Source: an uncultured Lichenihabitans sp.
GTDB taxonomy: Bacteria > Pseudomonadota > Alphaproteobacteria > Rhizobiales > Beijerinckiaceae
Assembly: GCA_964242785.1 (NCBI GenBank)
Contig: CAXTBR010000017.1
Span: forward strand, 1,615-65,614
Length of the DNA: 64,000 nucleotides
Reading direction: 5' to 3'
Part shown: one piece after another, positions 53,531 through 62,413 of the stretch
Numbering within the stretch: position 1 is the first letter of the stretch
How the letters are laid out: each line of letters begins with the position of its first letter
Translations under genes and position numbers: made by a program
Notes under the pieces: generated by a model
Told to the model about the DNA's origin: nothing
Databases searched by the model: none
Seen by the model: only the letters and a program-made list of their open reading frames with translations

Positions 53531-55755
53531 CGGCGGAGGGCGCAGCACCTCCCAGGGTGGTGGACGTGCTGATCCCGGTGGCGGTCGACCGGGCCTACTC
53601 CTACCGCGTGCCCCAGGGCCTCGTCCTCGCGCCCGGCGATTTCGTCATCGTGCCGCTCGGCACGCGGCAGACCCTCGGCGTCGTGTGGGAGGGGCGCGAG
53701 ACGGGCGGCGACAACCTGAAGAGCGTGGTGTCGCGCGTGGACTGGCCGCCGGTGCTGGCGCCGCTGCGCGGCTTCATCGATTGGCTCGCCGCCTGGACGC
53801 TGAGCCCGCGCGGCATGGTGCTGCGCATGGCCGTGCGGGCGCCCGACTTCGCCGGCGCCGAGCCGCTGCGGGTGGGGTTGCGGCGCGCCGGCCCGCCCCC
53901 CGGCCGGATGACGCCGGCCCGCGCCCGGGTGCTCGCCGCGCTCGACGGCGCCGGTGCGGAGGCCGTCCTGACCAAGCGCGCCCTCGCCGAGGCCGCCGGC
54001 TGCAGCGCCGGGGTGGTGGACGGGCTCGTCGACGAGGGCACGATCGAGACCGTGGCGCTGCCGCCCGATCCCCTGCCCCCGCCGCCCGACCCGGGGGCCG
54101 GCGCCGTCGCGCTCGACCCCGCGCAGGCGCTTGCCGCGGCGAGCCTCGCCGAGCGCGCCGCCGAGCGCCGCTTCACCGTCAGCCTGCTCGAAGGCGTGAC
54201 CGGCTCGGGCAAGACCGAGACCTATTTCGAGGCCGTGGCGGCCGCGCTGCGCGCGGGGCGGCAGACCCTGATCCTGCTGCCCGAGATCGCGCTCACGGCG
54301 CAGTTCCTCGACCGCTTCGCGGCCCGCTTCGGCGTGCGGCCCACCGAGTGGCACTCGGGCGTGTCGCTGCGCCGGCGGGCGCGGGCCTGGACGGGCATCG
54401 CGTCGGGCGAGGTCAAGGTGGTGGCGGGCGCGCGCTCCAGCCTGTTCCTGCCCTTCGCCGACCTCGGGCTCATCGTGGTCGATGAGGAACACGAGGTCGC
54501 CTACAAGCAGGACGACGGCGTGAGCTACCACGCCCGCGACATGGCGGTGATGCGGGGCCGCTTCGAGACCGCCGCCGTCGTGCTGGCCTCCGCGACCCCG
54601 TCGCTGGAGACGCGGGTCAACGCCGAGACGGGGCGCTACGGCCACCTGCGGCTCGACTCGCGCTTCGGCGGCCGCACCCTGCCCTCGCTGGCCGCCATCG
54701 ACCTGCGCCGCGACCCCCCGCCCCGCGGCCGCTTCATCGCCCCGCCGCTCGCCGCGGCCGTGGGGGACGCGATCGGCCGGGGCGAGCAGGCCCTGCTCTT
54801 CCTCAACCGCCGCGGCTACGCGCCCCTGACGCTGTGCCGCTCCTGCGGGCACCGATTCAACTGCCCGCAGTGCTCCGCTTGGCTCGTCGACCACCGCTTC
54901 CGCGGCGCCCTGATGTGCCATCACTGCGGCCACATGGAGCGCAAGCCGAGCCACTGCCCGCGCTGCGGCGAGGTCGACGCGCTGGTGGCCTGCGGTCCGG
55001 GGGTCGAGCGCGTCGCCGAGGAGGCCGCGGCGCTGTTCCCCGACGCTCGGCGCCTCGTCCTGTCGTCCGACATGGCGGGCGGCACCGAGCGGCTGCGGCA
55101 GGAGCTCGACGCCGTGGCGCGGGGCGAGGTCGACATCGTGGTGGGCACGCAGCTCGTCGCCAAGGGCCACAACTTCCCCAAGCTGACGCTGGCCGGGGTG
55201 ATCGACGCGGATGTCGGGCTCGCCAACGGCGACCCGCGCGCCGCCGAGCGCACCTTCCAGCTCCTCCAGCAGGTGACGGGCCGGGCGGGCCGCGGCGAGG
55301 TGCCGGGCCACGCCCTGATCCAGACCTACCAGCCCGACCATCCGGTGATGCGGTCGCTGCTCACGGGCGACATCGAGCGCTTCTACCGCACCGAGATCGA
55401 GGCGCGGCAGCGCGCCGGCCTGCCGCCCTTCGGGCGACTCGCGGCCCTCATCGTCAGCGGCACGGACCGCCACGCCGCCGAGGGCCACGCCCGTGCGCTG
55501 GCGCGTGCCGCCCACGGCGTGACGGGGGGCGACCCGATGGCGGCGGCGGCCGACGGGGCGCCGCGGATCGAGGTCTTCGGCCCCGCCGAGGCGCCGATCG
55601 CCATGATCCGCGGCCGCTATCGCTATCGCCTGCTCGTCAAGGCGCCGCGCTCGGCCGACCTCCAGGGCTGCCTGCGGCGCATCCTCGCCGAGGGGCCGAA
55701 GCCGACCGGCAGCCTGCGCGTCGCGGTCGACGTCGAACCGCAGAGCTTCCTATGA
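53527..55755 (+). CDS. priA: Primosomal protein N'
   Basis: GVTGSGKTE, LLPEIALT, IVVDEEHE..YKQ, Zn-finger CxxC array, VGTQLVAKGHNF, QQVTGRAGR. Confidence 0.97.
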   Translation: MTAEGAAPPRVVDVLIPVAVDRAYSYRVPQGLVLAPGDFVIVPLGTRQTLGVVWEGRETGGDNLKSVVSRVDWPPVLAPLRGFIDWLAAWTLSPRGMVLRMAVRAPDFAGAEPLRVGLRRAGPPPGRMTPARARVLAALDGAGAEAVLTKRALAEAAGCSAGVVDGLVDEGTIETVALPPDPLPPPPDPGAGAVALDPAQALAAASLAERAAERRFTVSLLEGVTGSGKTETYFEAVAAALRAGRQTLILLPEIALTAQFLDRFAARFGVRPTEWHSGVSLRRRARAWTGIASGEVKVVAGARSSLFLPFADLGLIVVDEEHEVAYKQDDGVSYHARDMAVMRGRFETAAVVLASATPSLETRVNAETGRYGHLRLDSRFGGRTLPSLAAIDLRRDPPPRGRFIAPPLAAAVGDAIGRGEQALLFLNRRGYAPLTLCRSCGHRFNCPQCSAWLVDHRFRGALMCHHCGHMERKPSHCPRCGEVDALVACGPGVERVAEEAAALFPDARRLVLSSDMAGGTERLRQELDAVARGEVDIVVGTQLVAKGHNFPKLTLAGVIDADVGLANGDPRAAERTFQLLQQVTGRAGRGEVPGHALIQTYQPDHPVMRSLLTGDIERFYRTEIEARQRAGLPPFGRLAALIVSGTDRHAAEGHARALARAAHGVTGGDPMAAAADGAPRIEVFGPAEAPIAMIRGRYRYRLLVKAPRSADLQGCLRRILAEGPKPTGSLRVAVDVEPQSFL

Positions 55756-55820
55756 AGATAGAGGCTCATGATGGGTTTCGGGGTGATGATGTCGCGTTGC
55801 GATCGTCGCGTCAGTTCTGG

Positions 55821-55934
55821 TTTCAAAGGGCCATCGGCTTTTTGAGGGTTTCAGGGCAGAGCCCTGAAGAAGCTGAATGATCTCCTTTCAGGGCTCCGCC
55901 CTGAAAGCAGCCAAAGGGCGAGCCCTTTGGAGTC
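55821..55934. repeat. Head-to-head pair of REP-like double-hairpin units (family E)
   Basis: Left unit CAAAGGGCC..CTTTTTG + TTCAGGGCAGAGCCCTGAA; right unit inverted TTTCAGGGCTCCGCCCTGAAA + CCAAAGGGCGAGCCCTTTGG. Confidence 0.7.
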
Positions 55935-56138
55935 AATTGCGAAAAGGAGAGCGTCACCTTGGAATCCGACGAGAGCCAATCGGCTGCGGCGCAGCCCCAT
56001 CGCAGCCATCAAACAGGCTCTCAACCGTCGCGATGGAACGAACGGCGTGGTAGGCTAGGCCGTGCGACACCAGGATGTGAGGCTCCTCTCACCAAACCGC
56101 CGCAGAACGCGGCACAACACCGAAACCAGGGAAACGTC

Positions 56139-57146
56139 ATGAAAGCGCTCGCCACCACCACCGTCCTGCTCGCCTTGGGCGCCCTCCCCGCCACAGCGGC
56201 CGAGACGAAGGACATGAAGATCGCTCTGTCCAACAACTACGCCGGCAATAGCTGGCGGCAGGCGATGCTGAAGAGCTGGGAGACCGTCACCAAGGCGGCG
56301 GTCGCCGATGGGGTCGTGGCGGAGGCGCCGGCCTTCACCACCTCCGAGAACCAGGCGACCGAGCAGGCCGCCCAGATCCAGAACATGATCCTGCAGGGCT
56401 ACAACGCCATCGTCATCGATGCGGCCTCTCCCACCGCCCTCAACGGCGCCATCAAGCAGGCCTGCGACGCCGGCATCGTGGTGGTGACCTTCGACGGCAT
56501 CGCCACCGAGCCCTGCGCCTATCGCATCGCCGTCGACTTCAAGAAGCTCGGCGGCATGCAGATCGACTATTTCAAGTCGCGCGGCGTGAAGGGCAACGTT
56601 CTCGAAATCCGCGGGCTCGCGGGCGTCTTCGTGGACGACGAGATCCACAGCGGGATCGAGACGGGCGTCAAGGCCGACGCGGATCTCAAGATCGTCGGCA
56701 GCGTCCACGGCAACTGGACCCAGACCGTCGCCCAGAAGGAGGTGGCGGGCATCCTGCCGACCCTGCCCGAGATCGCCGCCGTGGCGACTCAGGGCGGGGA
56801 CGGCTTCGGCACTGCCCAGGCCTTCAAGGACGCCGGCCGCAAGACGCCCGTCATCTTCCTCGGCAACCGCGAGGACGAGCTGAGCTGGTGGAAGCAGCAG
56901 AAGGACGCCGACGGCTACCAGACCATGTCGGCCTCGATCGCGCCGGGCTCCTCCACCTTCGCCTTCTGGGTCGCCAGGAAGATCCTGGCCGGCGAGAAGC
57001 TGCCGCAGGACATGACGCTGCCGATCACGGTCGTCACCCAGGACAATCTCGAGGAGCAGCTCAAGCACACCGAGAAGGGTAGCGTCACCAACGTCGAATT
57101 CAAGGAGGTGGACGTGGCCGGCATCCTGGCGGGTTCCGCGAAGTGA
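56139..57146 (+). CDS. Sugar ABC transporter substrate-binding protein (RbsB-like)
   Basis: Signal peptide; IALSNNYAGNSWRQAM, QIQNMILQGYNAIVIDAASPTALN, LEIRGLAG. Confidence 0.88.
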   Translation: MKALATTTVLLALGALPATAAETKDMKIALSNNYAGNSWRQAMLKSWETVTKAAVADGVVAEAPAFTTSENQATEQAAQIQNMILQGYNAIVIDAASPTALNGAIKQACDAGIVVVTFDGIATEPCAYRIAVDFKKLGGMQIDYFKSRGVKGNVLEIRGLAGVFVDDEIHSGIETGVKADADLKIVGSVHGNWTQTVAQKEVAGILPTLPEIAAVATQGGDGFGTAQAFKDAGRKTPVIFLGNREDELSWWKQQKDADGYQTMSASIAPGSSTFAFWVARKILAGEKLPQDMTLPITVVTQDNLEEQLKHTEKGSVTNVEFKEVDVAGILAGSAK

Positions 57147-58636
57147 AGCCGCTCGGCGGGGGCGCGGCGCTGGCGGCGCCCCCCGCCGACGCCGTCGCTG
57201 CGGGACAGGTCTTCGTCGACCTGCGCGGGGTCGCCAGGAGCTTCGGGGCCATCCAGGCCCTGAGACCGGTCGATTTCGCGGTGCGCCGCGGTGAATGCCT
57301 GGGGCTCGTCGGCCACAACGGGGCCGGCAAGTCGACGCTGATGAACGTTCTGTCGGGCGCGCTGCCGGCCAGCGCCGGGACGCTCTCCATCGCGGGCGAG
57401 GACCTGACCGGACGCTACGACGTGCGCGGCGCCCACCGGGCCGGCGTGCGCTGCGTCTTTCAGGAACTCTCGCTCTGCCCCAACCTCACGATCGCGGAGA
57501 ACGCCAGGATCGCCCACCCGTCCCTGCACGGCTTCGGCTGGCGCCGGCGCGCCGCGGCCCTGATGCAGGACGCGCTGGACCGCGTCTTCCCGGGCCACGG
57601 CCTCGCGATGAGCGACGTCGTCGGCGCCCTGTCGATCGGCCGTCGGCAGATGGTCGAGATCGCGCGCGCCTTCACCGAGACGGACGAGAAGGCGCGGCTC
57701 ATGATCCTCGACGAGCCGACCTCCTCGCTCGACGCCTCGGCGGCCGAGCAGCTCATCGCCGCGGCACGGCGCTTCTCGGGCGCGGGCGGCAGCGCCATCG
57801 TGATCTCCCACAAGATCAACGAGATCCTGGCCGTGGCCGACCGGATCGTCGTGATGAAGGACGGAACGGTGGTGGACGATCGGCCGCGGGCCGCCTTCAC
57901 GCGGGAGGGCATCGTCGATGCCATGGGCCACGCGGTCGAGCGCGCCCGCATCGCGCGGGCGTCGACCGCCACGGCCGATACGATGGTGGCGGTGCCGAGC
58001 GCGCGGGCCGGAAGCCTGCCTCTCCAGGCGGCGCGTGGCGAGATCATCGGCCTCGCGGGGCTCGCCGGCCACGGCCAGACCGAGCTGCTGCTCGCCGTCC
58101 AGGCCCTCCGGCAAGGCACGCGGGTGGCGGGCGACGTCGCCCTCGTGCCGGGCGACCGCACCAACGACGGCGTCTTCCCGCTCTGGTCGATCGAGCGCAA
58201 CATGTCGGCGCGCTGGCTGCCGCACCTGCGCCGGGGCGGCCTCATCGACATGTCCCGCGAGCGCACCGACGCGGCGGGGTGGCGCGCGCGACTGGCGCTC
58301 AAGACCGCCGATCTCCGCGACCCGATCCTGTCGCTCTCGGGCGGCAACCAGCAGAAGGCGCTCTTCGCCCGCGCGCTCGGCTCGCCGGCCCGGATCATCC
58401 TGATGGACGACCCGATGCGGGGCGTCGACGTCGGCACCAAGCAGGACGTCTACGCCATGATCGCGACGGAGGCCGCCGGAGGCCGCACCTTCCTCTGGTA
58501 CACGACCGAGATGGACGAGCTGTTCTACTGCGACCGGACCTACGTCTTCCACGACGGCCTCATCGTCAAGGAACTGGCGGCAGACGAGATGTCGGAGAAC
58601 GCGGTCGTGCAGGCCTCCTTCCAGGACCACGCCTGA
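57143..58636 (+). CDS. Sugar ABC transporter ATP-binding protein (tandem NBD)
   Basis: GHNGAGKSTL, LSIGRRQMVEIARA, ILDEPTSSL; second NBD LSGGNQQKALFAR, MDDPMRGVDVGTK. Confidence 0.93.
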   Translation: MKPLGGGAALAAPPADAVAAGQVFVDLRGVARSFGAIQALRPVDFAVRRGECLGLVGHNGAGKSTLMNVLSGALPASAGTLSIAGEDLTGRYDVRGAHRAGVRCVFQELSLCPNLTIAENARIAHPSLHGFGWRRRAAALMQDALDRVFPGHGLAMSDVVGALSIGRRQMVEIARAFTETDEKARLMILDEPTSSLDASAAEQLIAAARRFSGAGGSAIVISHKINEILAVADRIVVMKDGTVVDDRPRAAFTREGIVDAMGHAVERARIARASTATADTMVAVPSARAGSLPLQAARGEIIGLAGLAGHGQTELLLAVQALRQGTRVAGDVALVPGDRTNDGVFPLWSIERNMSARWLPHLRRGGLIDMSRERTDAAGWRARLALKTADLRDPILSLSGGNQQKALFARALGSPARIILMDDPMRGVDVGTKQDVYAMIATEAAGGRTFLWYTTEMDELFYCDRTYVFHDGLIVKELAADEMSENAVVQASFQDHA

Positions 58637-59574
58637 TGGCGCGTCTCCTGTCCTGGTCGACCGCCGAACGCCTTCTGCCCGCCTTGACCCTGGCCCTCCT
58701 TCTGGGCGGCATCTTCTTCCAGCAGCCGCGCGCCATGTCGTATTTCGGCATGGACCTGCTGCTCAACCTGTCGATCCCCATCATCTTCGCGACGCTCGCC
58801 CAGATGATGATCATCGCCATCAACGACCTCGACCTGTCGATCGGCGCCTTCGTGTCGCTGGTCGCCTGCATCGGTTCGACCCTGCTGGCGACGCAGCCGG
58901 TGCTGGGCGGCCTGGCGCTGCTCGGCGCCATCGCGGCCTACGGCGCCGTGGGCGCCCTCATCGAATGGCGCCGCCTGCCCTCCATCGTGGTGACGCTCGG
59001 CCTGTCCTTCGTCTGGCTCGGCCTCGCCGTCATCGTCCTGCCGACGCCCGGAGGCCACGCGCCTGCATTCCTGTCGGCCCTCGTCAGGCTCAAGCCGCCC
59101 TTCGCGCCCCTGCCGATCTACGTCGCGGGGGCCGTCGCGCTCGTGGGCTGGCTGGTCGTCTCGCGCTCGTCGCTCGGCGTGGTGCTGCGTGGCGCCGGCG
59201 GCAACCCGCGCTCGGTCGCCCGCGCCGGCTGGTCCATGCTGGCGATCCGCGTCACCGTCTACGCGACGGCGGGCCTGCTCGGCACGCTGGCGGGCCTGTG
59301 GCTGCTGGGGCTCACCTCCTCGGGCGACGCCAACATCGCGTCCCGCTACACGCTGCTGTCGATCGCCTCCGTGATCCTCGGCGGAGCCTCCTTCACGGGC
59401 GGCAGGGTGTTCCCGGCCGGGGCGGTCCTCGGGGCCGTGACGCTGACGCTCGCGGCCTCGTTCCTGACCTTCATGCGGATCAGCCCGGATTGGCAGATCG
59501 GCGCCCAGGGGATCATCCTCATCGGCGTGCTGGCGCTGCGGGCGCTGCTGACGCGCGCGAAGGAGACAGCCTGA
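58636..59574 (+). CDS. Sugar ABC transporter permease (RbsC-like)
   Basis: DLDLSIG, LPSIVVTLG, GGNPRSVARAG, IASVILGGASFTGG. Confidence 0.9.
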   Translation: MARLLSWSTAERLLPALTLALLLGGIFFQQPRAMSYFGMDLLLNLSIPIIFATLAQMMIIAINDLDLSIGAFVSLVACIGSTLLATQPVLGGLALLGAIAAYGAVGALIEWRRLPSIVVTLGLSFVWLGLAVIVLPTPGGHAPAFLSALVRLKPPFAPLPIYVAGAVALVGWLVVSRSSLGVVLRGAGGNPRSVARAGWSMLAIRVTVYATAGLLGTLAGLWLLGLTSSGDANIASRYTLLSIASVILGGASFTGGRVFPAGAVLGAVTLTLAASFLTFMRISPDWQIGAQGIILIGVLALRALLTRAKETA

Positions 59575-60527
59575 TGCTCGCCGCCCTTCGCGGCCGGATC
59601 GGGGCGGCGCCCTGGATCTGGTCCTTCCTCGGCACGGCCGTCGCCTGGGGGGTGACGCTTTGGATCTCGGGCGGGCGGGGCGGAGAGCAGATCCTGTCCG
59701 CCGCCCTCACCTTCTCGGCCTTCACGGTGCTGGTGTCGCTCGGCCAGATGATGGTCATCACCACGGGTCCCGGCAACGTGGACCTGTCGATCCCCTCGGT
59801 CATCGCCCTGTCGAGCGCCGTGGCCATGCTGGTCATGGACGAGCAGGGGAGCATGATCCTGCCCGGCCTCCTCGCCGCCGTCGCGGCGGGGCTCGCGGTC
59901 GGGGGCGCCAACTACGCCCTGATCCGCCTGCTGCGCATCCCGCCCATCATCGCGACGCTGTCGTCGAGCCTCGTCGTCATGTCGGTGGCCATCGTCCTCG
60001 GCCGCGGCCTGAAGATCAAGCCGCCCCAGGCCTATGCCGACGCCGTCACGGCCAAGCTCGCCGGCATCCCGCTCCTCGCCGTCCTGGCCATCGCGGCCGC
60101 CGTCGCCATCTCCTTCGTGCTGCAGCGGACCCTCTATGGCCGCACGGTCTCGGCCATCGGCCAGAGCCGCCGCATCGCCCGCCTCGCGGGGCTCGACGTC
60201 GAGCGGACGAGCCTCGTCACCTACATGCTGTCGGGCGCGCTGGCGGGCCTCACCGGCGCCCTCATCGCGGGCTTCGCGGGCGGCAATTCCCTGGACCAGG
60301 GGGCCGAATACCTGCTGTTGACCATCGCGGTCGTGGTGATCGGCGGCACGTCCGTCTCGGGCGGACGCGCCAGCGTCCCCGGCATCTGGGGCGCGGCGCT
60401 CTTCATGTTCCTGATCGTGACGATGCTCAACGCCTCGGGCGTTTCGCCCGGCCTGCGCATGCTGATGACGGGGCTCATCATCATCGGCGTGATCGCGGCC
60501 GGCGGCAGCGAGCACGCGCCGCGCTGA
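59574..60527 (+). CDS. Sugar ABC transporter permease (RbsC-like)
   Basis: GNVDLSIP, IPPIIATL, AIGQSRRIARLAG, IAVVVIGGTSVSGG. Confidence 0.9.
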   Translation: MLAALRGRIGAAPWIWSFLGTAVAWGVTLWISGGRGGEQILSAALTFSAFTVLVSLGQMMVITTGPGNVDLSIPSVIALSSAVAMLVMDEQGSMILPGLLAAVAAGLAVGGANYALIRLLRIPPIIATLSSSLVVMSVAIVLGRGLKIKPPQAYADAVTAKLAGIPLLAVLAIAAAVAISFVLQRTLYGRTVSAIGQSRRIARLAGLDVERTSLVTYMLSGALAGLTGALIAGFAGGNSLDQGAEYLLLTIAVVVIGGTSVSGGRASVPGIWGAALFMFLIVTMLNASGVSPGLRMLMTGLIIIGVIAAGGSEHAPR

Positions 60528-60560
60528 CGGGCGGCGCTTCCCCCTCCCCCGTGTGACGAC

Positions 60561-60787
60561 CTAGCGTCGGCACACATCTCGGCGCCCGCGGGGGGTGCCC
60601 TTCTCCCCAGCGGGGAGAATCGGGAACCCATCCCGGCTCGCCGGGATGGGACCCGGGTGGCGCGCAGCGCCGGATGAGGGGGGATCCACCACCTTTGGAG
60701 GCCCCCTCATCCGCCCTGCCGGGCACCTTCTCCCCGCTGGGGAGAAGGGCGCCAACGCCCAGCGTCAGTCATGTGTGCCAACGCTAG
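60561..60787. repeat. 227-bp composite palindromic element (family B), copy 2, CTAG at both ends
   Basis: CTAGCGTCGGCACACAT ... ATGTGTGCCAACGCTAG (16/17 inverted match); CIR-like arms; extra hairpin CCCATCCCGGC-TC-GCCGGGATGGG. Confidence 0.88.
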
Positions 60788-60856
60788 CTTGGCAGTCAGG
60801 GCGGAACCCCGGCGACGGATTTCCAATCCGAAAGATCGAAGAAGACCCTGAGTCGA

Positions 60857-62413
60857 TCATCCGCCTTGCAGGAACGTCTGCCGGGCGCTGGCGCTGTGCT
60901 CCTTCAGCACCTTGCCGGCCGCGCCGTCGACCTCCTTCAGGTGGACGTCGTAGCCCCACAGGTCGGCGAGGTGCTGGAGCACGTCGCGGGTCTCGCGCTC
61001 CGACATCAGCACCCCGTTCAGCACGTTGTGCTGGAGCATCAGCCGCCGGTCGCCCGCGAGGTCGACGTCGACGACCTGGATGTCGGGGTCCTGCCAGGCC
61101 ACGTCGTAGTGGCGCGACAGGGCGCGGCGCAGGTTGCGGTAGCCGCGCTCGTCGTGGATGGCGCCGACCCGCAGGTCCTTCTTCGGGTCCCCGTCGTCCT
61201 GCACCTGGAACATCTTCCAGCGCCGGATCAGGTGAGGGCTGAGGAACTGCGACACGAAGCTCTCGTCGCGGTAGTTGGCCCACACGTCGCCCAGCACCGC
61301 GTGGGGGTCGCCGCGCCCCGCGATGTCGGGGAACCACTCGCGGTCCTCGTCGGTCGGCTCGGTCACGACGCGCTCGATGTCCTCCATCATGGCGAAGCCG
61401 AGCGCGTAGGGGTTGATGCCGCCGAAACGCTGGTCGTCGTATTGCGGCTGCATCACGACGTTGGTGTGCGAGGTGAGGAACTCCAGGTAGGACCCTTCCG
61501 CGATCTGCCCGGTCTCGAACAGGCGGCCCATGATCTTGTAGTGGCAGTAGGTGGCGCAGCCCTCGTTCATCAGCTTGGTCTGGCCCTGCGGATAGAAATA
61601 CTGGGCGATCAGGCGGACGATGCGGATGATCTCGCGCTGCCAGGGCTGGAGCCGCGGCGCCGATTTTTCGAGGAAGTAGAGGATGTTCTCCTGCGGGAGC
61701 TCCAGCAGGGCCTTGCGGCGCTCCTCCGAGATCTTGGCCGGAGTCCCCTTCTCCTTGCCCGGCACGGTGCGCCACAGGTCGTTGAACACCTGCTCCTGGT
61801 GCTCCCGCCGGTCGCGCTCGCGCCGCTGCTCGGACAGGAGGTCGGGCTTGCGCTTGCGCGGGTAGCGGTGGACGCCGTGGCTCTGCAGGCTGTGGGCGGC
61901 ATCGAGCACCCGCTCGACCGCCAGGTGGCCGTAGCGCTCCTCGCAGTCGGCGATGAAGGTCTTGGCGAAGTCGAGGTAGCCCAGGATGCCCTCGGCCTGC
62001 GTCCACTGCTTGAACAGGTAGTTGTTCTTGAAGAAGTGGTTGTGGCCGAAGGCCGCGTGGGCGATCACCAGCGTCTGCATCGTGGCGGAGTTCTCCTCCA
62101 TGATGTAGCTGACGCAGGGGTTGGAGTTGATGACGATCTCGTAGGCGAGGCCGCGCAGCCCCTTGCGGTAGCCGGCCTCGTGATGCGCGAAGGACTTGCC
62201 GAAGCTCCAGTGCCCGTAGAACAGCGGCATGCCGACGGACGAGTAGGCGTCGAGCATCTGCTCGGTGGTGATGATCTCGATCTGGTTCGGGTAGGTCTTG
62301 AGCCCGAGTTCGCCGTGCGCGATGGCCTCGCAGGCGTCGTTGATCCGCCGGATGGTCTCGAAGGTCCAGTCGGACCCGTCGAACAGGAGGTTGTCGGTCC
62401 CGGCGAGCGTCAT
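60857..62413 (-). CDS. SpoVR-family protein (YcgB-like)
   Basis: YPNQIEIITTEQMLDAYSSVGMP, GLAYEIVINSNPC, IAHAAFGHNHFFKNN, KLMNEGCATYCHY. Confidence 0.95.
   Translation of the reverse strand: MTLAGTDNLLFDGSDWTFETIRRINDACEAIAHGELGLKTYPNQIEIITTEQMLDAYSSVGMPLFYGHWSFGKSFAHHEAGYRKGLRGLAYEIVINSNPCVSYIMEENSATMQTLVIAHAAFGHNHFFKNNYLFKQWTQAEGILGYLDFAKTFIADCEERYGHLAVERVLDAAHSLQSHGVHRYPRKRKPDLLSEQRRERDRREHQEQVFNDLWRTVPGKEKGTPAKISEERRKALLELPQENILYFLEKSAPRLQPWQREIIRIVRLIAQYFYPQGQTKLMNEGCATYCHYKIMGRLFETGQIAEGSYLEFLTSHTNVVMQPQYDDQRFGGINPYALGFAMMEDIERVVTEPTDEDREWFPDIAGRGDPHAVLGDVWANYRDESFVSQFLSPHLIRRWKMFQVQDDGDPKKDLRVGAIHDERGYRNLRRALSRHYDVAWQDPDIQVVDVDLAGDRRLMLQHNVLNGVLMSERETRDVLQHLADLWGYDVHLKEVDGAAGKVLKEHSASARQTFLQGG

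Noticed and set aside
60797-60853. Possible mini-element TCAGGG...CCCTGA after the family B copy
   Set aside because: Only a 6-bp inverted match and a single instance; compatible with chance in GC-rich DNA.
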